Assembly: GCA_965248195.1 (NCBI GenBank)
Contig: CBDFIQ010000002.1
Location: 32,001-96,000 of the forward strand
From: Longimicrobiales bacterium
GTDB taxonomy: Bacteria; Gemmatimonadota; Gemmatimonadetes; Longimicrobiales; Gaopeijiaceae
Direction of reading: 5' to 3'
DNA: 64,000 nt
Shown here: positions 1 through 10,809 of the stretch, in pieces
Position numbering within the stretch: position 1 is the first letter of the stretch
Layout of the letters: every line of letters begins with the position of its first letter
Notes under the pieces: model-generated
The model's database searches: none
Seen by the model: the letters and a program-made list of their open reading frames with translations, nothing else
Told to the model about the DNA's origin: nothing
Position numbers and translations under genes: made by a program

Positions 1-1
1 C

Positions 2-415
2 GCCCTCGGCCACCAGGTCGCGTGGAGCCTCAGCGCCCAGGTGCGACCCACGCCGAGTATCTCCACGAGACTCAACCTGAACGCGACCCGGCTGACGATC
101 GGTGGCGTCGAGGAGTTCGCCGTCAAGATCCTGCGTGCCACTACGACGTATCAGGTCACCGAGAAGTTGGGGCTCCGAAACATCACGGAGTTCAACTCGC
201 TGGATAGGGAGCTCGACCTCAACCTGCTCGCCACGTATCGGATCGATGCGGGGACCGTCTTCTTCGTCGGCTACGACGACCATTACCAGCAGGCCAATCT
301 CATCGAAGGAGACCGGGACGGCGACGGATTCAACGAGCAACTTTTTTTCCGGAACCGTCTACAGCGAACCAATCGCGCGTTGTTTGTGAAGCTCCAGTAC
401 TTGCTGCGTTACTGA
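2..415 (+). CDS. C-terminal part of an outer-membrane beta-barrel protein (DUF5916-like), 5'-truncated by the window edge
   Basis: Frame is open from the window start. Alternating beta-strand pattern ending ...NLLATYRIDAGTVFFVGY...NRALFVKLQYLLRY with an aromatic C-terminus. Confidence 0.6.
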   Translation, partial: ALGHQVAWSLSAQVRPTPSISTRLNLNATRLTIGGVEEFAVKILRATTTYQVTEKLGLRNITEFNSLDRELDLNLLATYRIDAGTVFFVGYDDHYQQANLIEGDRDGDGFNEQLFFRNRLQRTNRALFVKLQYLLRY

Positions 416-452
416 GCGCGAGCCCCGACAGACTTTTCGCGCCCGCACTGCG

Positions 453-1289
453 TCACCGGATCCTCGGATTAGGGTACTCCGGCACTCGAACCAGCCCCCC
501 GATCCCGAACACGCGGCTGACTCCCACGACCACTCGGACGTTGGCAACCCCGCGGTTCCACTCGTCGAGCCGGCTCGCGAGCCCCATGTCGATCACCGTG
601 AGGTTGGTGATTTGCACACGTGTACCGAGTTCGGCCCACGTCCGGGTCGGGCCGGTATCAGCCGGAATCTCGGTGTAAAGATCGCCCATGATCAGCCGGC
701 TGCTGAAGCCCACCGGGATGTCGAAGGCGATGCCGCCCCGCCAATAATCATCCCCGTCCACCTCTGATGCCAAGACATACCCGCCGTTGACGTGGATCCG
801 GAATCGGTTGGCAAAGCCTCGTGTGAGGAGCAGATCGACCCCCCAGGCCCAATCTTCTCGGGAGAGATCAGATCCCGTGGGAGCCTCTGCACCGGTTTGA
901 ATGGCGACCGCGGGCCACGTCCACCCCTCGTGTTTGAAGTTGTAGAGCGCCTCGACTTCCAGCGATTCGAGTCCGTTCGAGGTACTCGCCCCGTCGTCCT
1001 CCGTGGCCACCTGCAGGCCTGCGCCGATCTCGAAGTTCCGAAACAGGCCCGTCTCCAAATCCAGGAGACCCTCGAGCGATCTCCGGCCCCCTTCCGTCCA
1101 ACCACCTTGCAGCCCGAACTGAAACTCCCACTCCAGATACTTCTTCGGATATGCGTCCGTGACCTTGAGAGGACGGCCCGCATCCAGGGATCGAAAATCC
1201 TCCTGTGCGGTCGCTTCTCCGCCCGAAAGCACCGCCATCAACGAGACAGCGAACAACGGTAAATCCCGGACTCGTGCCGTGGCACTCAT
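453..1289 (-). CDS. Secreted outer-membrane beta-barrel/transporter-like protein
   Basis: ATG at 1289 overlaps the upstream TGA (ATGA). Signal peptide ending ATA-Q, followed by amphipathic beta strands. Confidence 0.55.
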   Translation of the reverse strand: MSATARVRDLPLFAVSLMAVLSGGEATAQEDFRSLDAGRPLKVTDAYPKKYLEWEFQFGLQGGWTEGGRRSLEGLLDLETGLFRNFEIGAGLQVATEDDGASTSNGLESLEVEALYNFKHEGWTWPAVAIQTGAEAPTGSDLSREDWAWGVDLLLTRGFANRFRIHVNGGYVLASEVDGDDYWRGGIAFDIPVGFSSRLIMGDLYTEIPADTGPTRTWAELGTRVQITNLTVIDMGLASRLDEWNRGVANVRVVVGVSRVFGIGGLVRVPEYPNPRIR

Positions 1290-2425
1290 CTCCCAACCCC
1301 CTCGGGCAGCAAAGGCATCATGAACTGGCCCATGGGAACCATCTGCGACTCGGGGTGGCCTTGCGGCAGCCACGATCCGTCGGGAAGCCGTGTCGGAACG
1401 CGCATCGAGCCCGGGCCCATCGTATGGTCCGCCATGGCCGTTATCCCTGGCGCCACCATTGAGTCCTGCGTGGCATAGATCTGGTTCTCGAGCATCCGGT
1501 CGATCTCTGCCTCCTTCTGCTCCCGGCTGAAGTTCTCGTCCACCATGATGTCATTGGTGATGTCGTGCATCATGTGGAGGTTGTCGAAGATGTGTGCGGC
1601 GGCTGGAAACATCTTGGAAAAACGGGGGGCGGCCTCCGCGGTCAGAGGCATGTACTCAGGGGGATTGACGAGGACCGAATCCACGAACAGGTCGATGACC
1701 CGATCGAGCTCTCGCGCCTGGGCCTCGGGAGTCGGTTCCATGAGCGCCTCGTACACGGCCGCGTGGTGCCAGTGGTATGCCCAGAGGATCCCGTTGATGT
1801 CGGGATACTTGCGGGCAAAAACCCCAGCCCACGTTCCTCCGCCCATCATCCACCGGTGCCCGTATCCTCGGGTGGAAAAGGCCGCCTCGGGGTTCGACAG
1901 GTAATACGCGATAGCGCGCTCGCCGGCGGCCTTCTTCTCGGTTACCGAAGGGTCCGTGAGGATGTCGTAGAGCTGGCTGTGGAGGTGGTGCGTCCAGTCC
2001 ATGTTACGCCCGGTCGGATGAGCCATCCTCATCTAGGCAGGCGCAATGAGCTCCGCAGGTGGCTCGAACCGGGGCGGGGCCGTAACAAACCGGCGAATAC
2101 GCGTCTCCAACTCTGTGAACGCCTCCGTCGCGTCCTCACCCTGCGTGAGTGCGACCTCGTAAATGCCGAAGTGGGCCAAATGGGCGGCGTAGAAAGACTG
2201 AGCCGCTCTCGTGTGGGTGTCGTAGAAAGCGAAGTTGTAATTCCCCGGAAGTTGGAACTGGCTATTCCGGGGAGTCACGCCGGCACAGGAAGTCTCCGCT
2301 AGGGCGATGACAAGAACCGCCATGGGGGTGACTCCCCTACCCCAGACAGGTTTTCGGCGACCGAGCGGACAGAATCGCTTCGGTCCGATGAAAGTCTTGG
2401 CTCCAAGGGGATCGGTGCACTGCAA
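1286..2425 (-). pseudogene. His/Met-rich exported protein (putative metal/copper-binding) split by a single in-frame TAG at 2033-2035
   Basis: ORFs 2033..2425 and 1286..2032 are in the same frame (GCC TAG ATG). Motifs AHLAHFGIYE, DWTHHLHSQLYD, YHWHHAAVYE, DNLHMMHD. Confidence 0.6.
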
Positions 2426-2447
2426 GTTTAGCTCCTCGTGTTAGCCT

Positions 2448-2471
2448 GCTGAAACGGGATTCGTTTCGAGC
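2448..2471 (-). promoter_or_regulatory. Stem-loop between the small His-rich ORF and the downstream RBS
   Basis: GCT-GAAACG-ggatt-CGTTTC-g-AGC abuts the stop codon at 2472-2474. A GAGGAG RBS follows on the minus strand. Confidence 0.45.
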
Positions 2472-2900
2472 TCAGCCTAAACGAGGAGGGGGAGGCACCA
2501 TTTCCGCGTCGGGCGGCATCATTCCGCCGAGGTACGCCACCTGGGCAATAGAAACCCGATCACTCGGCCCCAGGCCGTGTTCGCGGGTAACGGTGATGCC
2601 CGATGCGCAGGCGACCATGGCACACGTGCCCGAGTGATTTCCCCCCGGGGGGCCTGAGTGCTCACCGTGCTGAGACGGACCGTGCTCAGCCATCGAAGCC
2701 GACGCGTGGGCGGCGGGACGGTCCATACCAGCCCCCATGCGGGACTCCACGTGCGACGCATGAAGCACGCAGAGGGCCTGGCCGAGGAATGCCCCAACGT
2801 AAAGCACTAGCACGATCGACGTGGCTCGCTGGAGCACGGTGTCAGGTATTAAGATCATCTGGGCCGGCGCGACAACGCTCTGGGCAATGCCAAGTGGCAA
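2472..2900 (-). CDS. Small His/Met-rich exported protein with a Cys pair and C-terminal polyproline (DUF2946/CruR/CutF-like leader); exact start uncertain
   Basis: Hydrophobic N-terminal segment, His/Met-rich middle, CAMVAC, terminal MVPPPPRLG. Confidence 0.5.
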   Translation of the reverse strand: MPLGIAQSVVAPAQMILIPDTVLQRATSIVLVLYVGAFLGQALCVLHASHVESRMGAGMDRPAAHASASMAEHGPSQHGEHSGPPGGNHSGTCAMVACASGITVTREHGLGPSDRVSIAQVAYLGGMMPPDAEMVPPPPRLG

Positions 2901-3132
2901 CGACGGGGCGGTACTTCCCTGGACTCAGCATGTGCCACCTCGCCCTGGGTGGCAAGAGGGCACCCGCCTTCCCTCAAACACATTTGGCTTGACTACCCGT
3001 TGGTGGGGCCCTAGAAATGACTCCGTCCGAGCGCTGTTCGGTCAACGGCACGCACCGAGCGCTTTTCGATCAACGGCACGCACCGGAGAACAATGTTTCA
3101 AATAGGGCCAAGAAAAGGTTGGGGACGTTGAC

Positions 3133-5436
3133 GTGAGAAATGCCGTCCCATGGACGGGTCTGGGGGCGCTCGGATCCCTTCTCCTCCTATCCGCCTCTTC
3201 CGCCTCCGCCCAGTACCGCCGCCCTGTCGACGCCGAGGCGATACAGGCGGTGATGCCCGCCGCCGACAGCTTCTCGGTGAAGGCGGGCCTCCCACCCGTA
3301 TACACCGCGTACGGCCCCAGCTCGGACGGATCACCGCGCAGCGTGGTCGGCTACGTGTACCTGACATCGAATGTACCGCCCACCGTGTACGGCTATAGCA
3401 GCCGGATCGATGTGTTGGTGGGGATGGATCTGGCGGGCCGCCTCACGGGCATGCACATCGTCAACTACCGCGAATCGCTCAGCAGCTCCCGTGGGGACTT
3501 TATGAGGGGAGCCGGCCTCGAGGAGCAAGTTCCGGGTAAACACATTTCCGAGGCGTTCCAGGTCGGGAGGGACTTGGACGGCGTTAGCGGCGCATCGATA
3601 TCTGCCCGTGCCATGTACCGCGGTATCCGTAACTCCGCCCGGCGGGTGGCGCTCGCATACCTGCAGCCTGATCCAGCGACCGCGCCCGCGACGGCTGGAG
3701 CGCTCGAGGACCTCACGTGGCTGCAGATGATTTCGACCGGCTACATCCGAACGATGCAAATCGACAGATTCAACGCGGGCTTGGAGCTCTCGTTCGCGTA
3801 TATGGGCGACGAGGCGCTTGGAAGTCTTCTGATGGGTTTGGTGAGGTACCAAGACGTAAGCTCGCGTGTGGACGGTTTGCTTGGCGACGATCACGCGATG
3901 TTCGTCGGCATCGACGGGAGCGAGGTCGCGGGATTCCGCAGCAACGCGCTCTCGGTCCACCAGGGCGGGGAGGTCTATCCGGTTCCGAGTAGACGGGTGG
4001 TCTTCCTGGGAACGCCGTATGAGGGCAAGGCGGCTGGGCAGATCGTATACACACTGATCATGCGTATGGACGGCGCCGTCGATCTCGCGCAGCCCTTCGC
4101 GATCGTCTACGACGACGGTACGGGCGTCCCGTCCACCACGGAATACATCGTCCAGGAGGAGGTGCTGACAGCCGTCCGCGAGCGAGCCGCGGTTGCCGAG
4201 CTGGCCGCCGCGGAGCAGGGCGCTGAGGAGGCGGGCGCGGAGGAGGCAGCCGCCGTGGAGCCGGCCGTCTCCGGAGATGAATCGGCCGCCGTCCCCCGAG
4301 ACGAGTCGGCCGCCCTCCCCGAAGAGGAATCGGCTCCCGTCCCCGTGCGAGCCAGCGCGACCGAGCCGGCCTCCACGGAATCAGTCGATTCCGGGACGCC
4401 GGCTGCGGAGCCGGTCGCTGCCGTGCCGGCCGAGGCTTCCTCACCGCCCTCTGAGCTGACCGTACCGGACGGGGCCCTTGATTTTACGTCGGACGGCCCG
4501 CCCGAGGGGTCGGCGGCCGAGGACGCGTCAACCGGGTCGGCGCTCCAGGGCATCCCCGAGATGGATTTTTCGGCCTTCGAAGATTTCGAGGATGAGTCGG
4601 CTCTGTCTCGGTTGTTGGTTCAGACCCGGTGGGCTCCAGTAATTCGCCTCGTTCTGCTCCTGGCTCTGGTTTTGTACGCCTTCTTCGCGAAGAGTAAGCC
4701 GGTACGTGTTGTCACTCTCGCCGTCACGCTCATCTATCTCGGATTCTTCGACGGCGGTTTCCTATCCGTCTCGCATATCACCAGTGGATTCGCCGTGGGC
4801 CCGGGCTTCTACCTCCAGGATATGGCGTTGCTGTTCATGGTTGGGTTCACCGTGGTCACCACGCTGCTCTGGGGCCGAATGTTCTGCGGATTTCTCTGTC
4901 CGTTCGGAGCCCTGCAGGACTTGATCACGCATATCGTGCCGCGCCGTCTGCAGCGAAGATTTCCCCAGTGGATCCACGACCGCGCCCTCTACCTCAAATA
5001 CGGGATTCTGCTCTTGATCGTCGGCTTGGCTGCGGTCCCTGCCCAGATCGGAGTGTACCAGTACTTCGAGCCCTTCGGGACCGTGTTTTACCTGAGTTCG
5101 TCGCCTCTGTTGTGGAGTATCGCCGGTGGGTTTCTCGTGGCGTCGGCCGTGGTGCCGCGGTTCTACTGCCGCTACGCGTGCCCTCTGGGTGCCGCATTGG
5201 GCGTTGCTTCACTCCTGGCGGTCTTCCGGATCCGGCGCGTGGAACAGTGCGTCCCCTGCAAGGTGTGCGAAAACGTATGTCCGACTGGCGCCATCCGCGG
5301 ACCCGAAATCGATTTCAAAGAGTGCGTCCGATGTAACGTCTGCGAGACCAAGTTGTTGACCAAGGCGGGCGTATGCCGACACAGTATGGAGTACGTTCGT
5401 TCCCGGCTGGTTCAGTTGAAAACTCCAGTCCGGTAA
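3133..5436 (+). CDS. NosR/NirI-like membrane protein: extracytosolic FMN-binding domain, TM region and 4Fe-4S ferredoxin domain
   Basis: Signal peptide; DGVSGASIS flavinylation-type motif; GRMFCGFLCPFG and RFYCRYACPLG; CVPCKVCENVCP and CVRCNVC. Confidence 0.8.
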   Translation: MRNAVPWTGLGALGSLLLLSASSASAQYRRPVDAEAIQAVMPAADSFSVKAGLPPVYTAYGPSSDGSPRSVVGYVYLTSNVPPTVYGYSSRIDVLVGMDLAGRLTGMHIVNYRESLSSSRGDFMRGAGLEEQVPGKHISEAFQVGRDLDGVSGASISARAMYRGIRNSARRVALAYLQPDPATAPATAGALEDLTWLQMISTGYIRTMQIDRFNAGLELSFAYMGDEALGSLLMGLVRYQDVSSRVDGLLGDDHAMFVGIDGSEVAGFRSNALSVHQGGEVYPVPSRRVVFLGTPYEGKAAGQIVYTLIMRMDGAVDLAQPFAIVYDDGTGVPSTTEYIVQEEVLTAVRERAAVAELAAAEQGAEEAGAEEAAAVEPAVSGDESAAVPRDESAALPEEESAPVPVRASATEPASTESVDSGTPAAEPVAAVPAEASSPPSELTVPDGALDFTSDGPPEGSAAEDASTGSALQGIPEMDFSAFEDFEDESALSRLLVQTRWAPVIRLVLLLALVLYAFFAKSKPVRVVTLAVTLIYLGFFDGGFLSVSHITSGFAVGPGFYLQDMALLFMVGFTVVTTLLWGRMFCGFLCPFGALQDLITHIVPRRLQRRFPQWIHDRALYLKYGILLLIVGLAAVPAQIGVYQYFEPFGTVFYLSSSPLLWSIAGGFLVASAVVPRFYCRYACPLGAALGVASLLAVFRIRRVEQCVPCKVCENVCPTGAIRGPEIDFKECVRCNVCETKLLTKAGVCRHSMEYVRSRLVQLKTPVR

Positions 5437-5445
5437 GGAGGTCGA

Positions 5446-6480
5446 ATGTCGGAGGCATCCAGTCGCAGCTTGCCGCGGCGCCAGGTTCTGCGGATCACCG
5501 CAGCGGTGGGCGCGTCTGCGATCCTGGGCGGAGGTCTCCTGCGCGCCGCCTTGGAGCGGGCGGGCCTGCACCAAGTGCGCCAGACGCGCACCCAGATGGG
5601 TACGCTGGTCACGATTACGGCTGTGCATCCGGACCCCGAGGCCGCACGAATGATGGTGGCCGCCACGTTCGATGAGATCGAGCGGCTGGAGAGCTTGCTG
5701 AGCCGCCACCGCATGGGCACCCCTGTATGGAGCCTCAACAAGAATGGGGTGGTTCGCGCCCCACCTCGGGAGGTGCTCGAGGTGGTTCAAGGGGGGCTCG
5801 ACTACTCGGCTCTGACCGCAGGGGCGTTCGATATAACGATCGCCCCCCTGCTCAACCTCTACAATTCGAGCTTTTCCGAGACGGGAGCCGCGCCTCCCCA
5901 GGGAGAGGTCCGGCGGGCGCTGGCGCTCGTCGGATTCCGGCATATTCGAGTGAGCGACCGCGAGATCGCCTTCGAGAAGGCCGGGATGGCAGTGACCCTG
6001 GACGGGATCGCCAAGGGATACATCGTGGACCGGGCCGTGGGGGTTCTTCAGGAGCGCGGTGCCACGAGTGTGCTGGTCGACGCCGGAGGCGATATGGCGT
6101 CGGCCGGTGACAGCCTCGGGGGCGACGCGTGGAGGATCGGGCTCCAGGACCCGCGGGTGGCGGATGGAAGCCTCGGAGTCCTTCGGCTGCGAGGCGAGTC
6201 TGTCGCCACCTCCGGTGACTATATGCAGTACCTCACGCCCGACATGAGCCTGCACCATATCATCGACCCCCGGACCGGATCGTCGCCCGGACATACCAGT
6301 GGCGTTTCCGTGGTGGCTCCCTCCGCGATGGCAGCGGATGCCTTGTCGACCGCCGTTCTGGTGCTCGGCCCCGGGGAAGGAATGGAGCTGCTCGACCGCC
6401 TCGACGGAATAGAGGGGATGATCGTCACGAAGGATCAGACGGTTCTGAGGTCGAGAGGGCTGGGCCGGTACACCGCATGA
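5446..6480 (+). CDS. apbE: FAD:protein FMN transferase (ApbE family), Tat-exported
   Basis: RRQVL twin-arginine signal; MGT, GAFDIT, DGIAKGYIVD, DAGGD, ATSGDY, HHIIDPRTG, ADALSTA. Confidence 0.92.
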   Translation: MSEASSRSLPRRQVLRITAAVGASAILGGGLLRAALERAGLHQVRQTRTQMGTLVTITAVHPDPEAARMMVAATFDEIERLESLLSRHRMGTPVWSLNKNGVVRAPPREVLEVVQGGLDYSALTAGAFDITIAPLLNLYNSSFSETGAAPPQGEVRRALALVGFRHIRVSDREIAFEKAGMAVTLDGIAKGYIVDRAVGVLQERGATSVLVDAGGDMASAGDSLGGDAWRIGLQDPRVADGSLGVLRLRGESVATSGDYMQYLTPDMSLHHIIDPRTGSSPGHTSGVSVVAPSAMAADALSTAVLVLGPGEGMELLDRLDGIEGMIVTKDQTVLRSRGLGRYTA

Positions 6481-6487
6481 GGAAGTC

Positions 6488-6514
6488 TCCGCTGCAGCGT
6501 CGGCGGATTTTTTT
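6488..6514 (+). terminator. Rho-independent terminator after apbE
   Basis: TCCGCTG-N6-CGGCGGA stem followed by a T-run. Confidence 0.7.
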
Positions 6515-6602
6515 CTTCTAGTGAACCCGGCGCCGGGAGTCCAATATTCAATAGGGAAATGCACTCTTCATTCATACTCGCGCACCGAGCCCCCGAGGGT
6601 AT

Positions 6603-7508
6603 ATGATCCGGTACGATGAGAAAAAGCCGATGACTGAGGTTGTGATGACTGAGGTTGTAGAGAGCCGCTGGGTCAGGGGCGCTCTTGTGGCGTTCGGGGT
6701 GATGGCCCTGGGTCTCGGGACGGCCCGTGTCTCGGCTGCACAGACCATCGACGAGCGCCTGCGCGCCTCCCGCCAGTCCTCCGGAGGGACTGAGGGTTTT
6801 GTGGACCCGTCGGGGAGGGCCTTCACTTTCTGCCGGGTCGCCTACCGGCAAGTGCGCCGCGAGCCGATGGGTCAGGGTTGGCGCACCGACTATCCGGATG
6901 CCGACCGGAACCTCATGCTCCGGCTCTCGCAACTCACGACGACCCCGATCAGGACGACCCCACAGGGACGCCCCGACCACCTCATCGTGCAACTCACCGA
7001 TGATGAAATCTTTCAGTGCCCCTTCGTTTTCATGTCTGACGTGGGGACGATGGCGCTCGACTCGGAGGAGGCGGAGCGTCTCCGCAAATATCTCCTGCGG
7101 GGAGGGTTTCTATGGGTCGACGATTTCTGGGGTGAGTATGCCTGGGATAGGTGGGTTGAAGAGATCACCAAGGCGCTTCCGCCGGGCGAGTACCCGATCG
7201 AGGACCTCCCCGCCGGCCATATGATATTCAACGCGCTTTACAACGTCTACGACGTGCCCCAGGTGCCGTCCATTCAATATTGGCGTCGGAGCGGCGGGGG
7301 CACCTCGGAGCGCGGCTCCGGCAGTGCCGTCCCGCACCTCAGAAGCATTCGGGACCACAATGGGCGGATCATCGTCCTGATGTCCCACAACACCGACATC
7401 GCCGATGGCTGGGAGAGAGAAGGGGAGGACGAGGCGTTCTTCTTCCGGTTTTCTCCCAAGGCCTACGCGCTCGGGATCAACATCATCCTGTACGCTCTGA
7501 CCCACTAG
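6603..7508 (+). CDS. DUF4159-family exported protein
   Basis: WRTDYPDADRN, YLLRGGFLWVDDFWG, HNTDIADGWE, GINIILYALTH. Confidence 0.75.
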   Translation: MIRYDEKKPMTEVVMTEVVESRWVRGALVAFGVMALGLGTARVSAAQTIDERLRASRQSSGGTEGFVDPSGRAFTFCRVAYRQVRREPMGQGWRTDYPDADRNLMLRLSQLTTTPIRTTPQGRPDHLIVQLTDDEIFQCPFVFMSDVGTMALDSEEAERLRKYLLRGGFLWVDDFWGEYAWDRWVEEITKALPPGEYPIEDLPAGHMIFNALYNVYDVPQVPSIQYWRRSGGGTSERGSGSAVPHLRSIRDHNGRIIVLMSHNTDIADGWEREGEDEAFFFRFSPKAYALGINIILYALTH

Positions 7509-9090
7509 GCGTTTGCCGCGCCTCGGCGTTTGAGTTCCTCGTCGAACGCCACGATCTCGAACTCGTCCTCGAACCCGGCTCGGTCGGGCGAGGGGAGGTA
7601 GGCCGTCAGGTCGACCTCGGCAGCCAACTCGCGGTCGAAGGCGGCCTGATCCCGCTCGGACGCCTCCTCGGCCGAATCCCCGCTCGAGTAGACGACCTCG
7701 CCGAGCTTACGGTCCTCGAGCTTGAGTTGTCGCCGAACCGTCTCGCTGGCTAGGAACTGCTTCCGAATGGCGGGGAAGGAGAAGCGAAGGGGGCCGCCCT
7801 CCCCGGACGACACGTCCGCATCGAACTCGGCGGCGAGCTGGTGAAGGGCGGCTTCGACTTCCGATGGATCCACTGTCCGATCCTTCATTCTCGCCTGCAC
7901 ATGCGCGGTCGCCGCTTCGACCGTGACGGAGCCGCCCCCGGCGAGCGCCTCTCTGTATACGAGTCCGAGGACCAGCCGCCGCACATTACGGGCCTCACGA
8001 GCGCGGTTCTCGCGGCGCACACCAAGGACGCGGAGGAGCGGGACCGAGAAGAACAGGACGCTGAATACCACGGGGATGAGGACCAGGCCCACCAAAGCAG
8101 CGGTGCCCCCTATGCCGAGCTGAGGGAAGATGAACCAGGGTGCGGTGGCACCCGCCACCAGGGTGAACCCATTCATCCCGATGATCACCGCGTCGTGCTT
8201 TTTCTCGTTGCCCGTCAGCTCCAGCGGATACTCCATCCGCATCCATGCCGGGTTCGGCTCTCGGGCCTTCACGGGTCCGTGGGCGCTCGTCATGAGCTCG
8301 GGGAACGCATAGACGAGCTCCCCGTCCGGGGACACGGTGGGCTCCCCAGCGTACGATCCCAGAAGCCGGCCCATCTCCTCTTCCGCGTCGGGCAGCGCGA
8401 GCGCCGTATGCTCGACGAGCTCGGCCGTCGTGAGCGCCCCCCGCCGCGCGCGGATGAGGCGTAGCGTGCTGCGGTCGAGCTGCTTCCGAGTCGGCTTCGG
8501 TCGGTCGGGTCCGAAGACGAACGCGAAGACCTTCTTGTAGAACGGAGGCCGGCTGTCCTTTTCGAGCGTCGCCTCCCAGCGGCGGCCGTAATAGGGATTG
8601 CCCAGCCGCCAGCGCGGGGTCCAGATATAGTACCAGAGCCAGAAGCTCGGAAAGTGGAAGTGCCCGTGATGCCGGCCGACGCCGCGCCCCCAGCTTCCAC
8701 CACTCCGGCGGTCGCCGCCTCTGGACATCATCGCAACGATCGCCGCGACGACCAGCGCCACGAAGACCACGAAATAGACCACGAGCATGGTCACGATCCA
8801 CGCCTTGAACGCCCCGGTGAGCACCCGTTTGGCCGCGCGCTTGAGCCGTTGGATGGTCGGGACCCGATCCCGCCGGATCAGCTTGCGGTCGAAGAGGTAG
8901 ACCAACTCTCCCGACTCGGATACCTCGAGATGCCCCTGGTGGGACTCCAAGAGGGTCTTGAGGGTGCCCTCGACCTGGTCCCGCGGTAGGCCCACGCTGG
9001 ACACCACGTCTCCTACGGTACCCCGCCCGCGAAGGGAACGGAGGGCCTTCAGAACATCGGGTTGTGCTTCGGCGGTCGCGACGCTGTTCA
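7505..9090 (-). CDS. Conserved membrane protein (cyanobacterial/plastid At5g03900-like); start probably the GTG near 9090 rather than 9229
   Basis: TVGDVVSSVGL...GHLEVSESGELVYLF and the repeated motif PTVSPDGELVYAFPEL; TM segments. Confidence 0.6.
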
Positions 9091-9174
9091 CGCTGGCCTC
9101 ACCTGAGGGATGTCGAGGGCCACGCCCTCCTGATGTCATAGATGAAAGCCCCATTCCTGCCGAGGAGATCCACA

Positions 9175-9229
9175 ATGAACCAGGATGTACTGGCCGTCCC
9201 ATGAACCAGGATGGTACTGGCGGTCCCAT
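9175..9229. repeat. Imperfect tandem duplication (26/27 bp) in a divergent intergenic region
   Basis: ATGAACCAGGATGTACTGGCCGTCCC / ATGAACCAGGATGGTACTGGCGGTCCC. Confidence 0.8.
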
Positions 9230-9355
9230 CGGGGTTCAAGGTGACGACGTAAAGACAGGTATCAAGGCTCTACCTTCCCACGCCTCGGTTGCCTGCTACT
9301 TTAGCTCACCTCGGTGCCGAGCCGGGATCCACTTCTTTTTCCTTCGTGAGGGCGA

Positions 9356-9985
9356 ATGAACCTCTGCATCCCCAAACCCCGGCTGGCTCCGTTGGGCCGT
9401 TTCTCGAAGTGTGGCTCCACACGGCTGGCGTTGATCTCTGTGGCCGTCGGACTTTTGGTGTCGGTATCACCCGTCGTTTTAGAGGGTCAAGGCACCGGTC
9501 CCCTGAGCGAAAGCTGGACGGTCGGTCTGTCCGGCGGTGCATTCAGCTACGAGCCGTCAGGCGACGAAGGTTTTCCGATCATCGCGCTGCGGATGGATCG
9601 ACCCGTATCGAGATGGGTTCGCTTCGAGGTGGGAACGACCTACACCAGGCCCGAGATTCAGACCAACGCCGCGATGATGTTCGATCCCACCCTGCCCGCC
9701 GAGCACACGAACCTTTTTACGGTCACATTGGGCGGTCAGGCCAAGTGGACATTGGGTCCGCTGGAGCCCTACGGTGGCTTTTCGGCCGGGTTCTTCGGCC
9801 GCTACGACGGGGGCCCCGGGGACCGTAGGTTTGGGCGTTCGACGCTCCAGTTCCCCTTCGGCATCCGGCTTTGGGTCACAGACCACATCGGTGTACGGGC
9901 TGAATACAGGTTCGACGAAGACAACCACGAGGTAGTGACCCACTCCGACAGCGAATGGACCACAGGAGTGTTTTGGACATTGTGA
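9356..9985 (+). CDS. Small outer-membrane beta-barrel protein
   Basis: Signal peptide, PYGGFSAGF strand motif, GVRAEYRF, C-terminal GVFWTL. Confidence 0.65.
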   Translation: MNLCIPKPRLAPLGRFSKCGSTRLALISVAVGLLVSVSPVVLEGQGTGPLSESWTVGLSGGAFSYEPSGDEGFPIIALRMDRPVSRWVRFEVGTTYTRPEIQTNAAMMFDPTLPAEHTNLFTVTLGGQAKWTLGPLEPYGGFSAGFFGRYDGGPGDRRFGRSTLQFPFGIRLWVTDHIGVRAEYRFDEDNHEVVTHSDSEWTTGVFWTL

Positions 9986-10042
9986 GACTGGTCCGAAGGC
10001 CGTTGTTCTAGGCCACCCATAAAGGTAGACTAAGGGGCATGA

Positions 10043-10423
<381 letters not shown>

Positions 10424-10429
10424 GCCGTT

Positions 10430-10690
<261 letters not shown>

Positions 10691-10809
10691 GAAGTAAAGC
10701 GAGTCTCCGTAAGGCGTTACAGCCATGCGGGGCCTCTGTCGTAAGACTTTATTTTATGGATTGCATCCCGTTTGCATCCGGAAATGAGTACAAAAAAATG
10801 CAGACGGAG

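Noticed and set aside
2033..2035. Pyrrolysine recoding of the TAG
   Set aside because: No pyl genes in the window, and TAG is used as a normal stop by many genes here.
3133..6480. Nitrous oxide reductase (nos) cluster
   Set aside because: No nosZ, D, F, Y or L present.
5209..6564. Long antisense ORFs (also 28113..29342, 47116..48054, 49469..50503)
   Set aside because: Shadow frames of well-supported genes in high-GC DNA, with no motifs.
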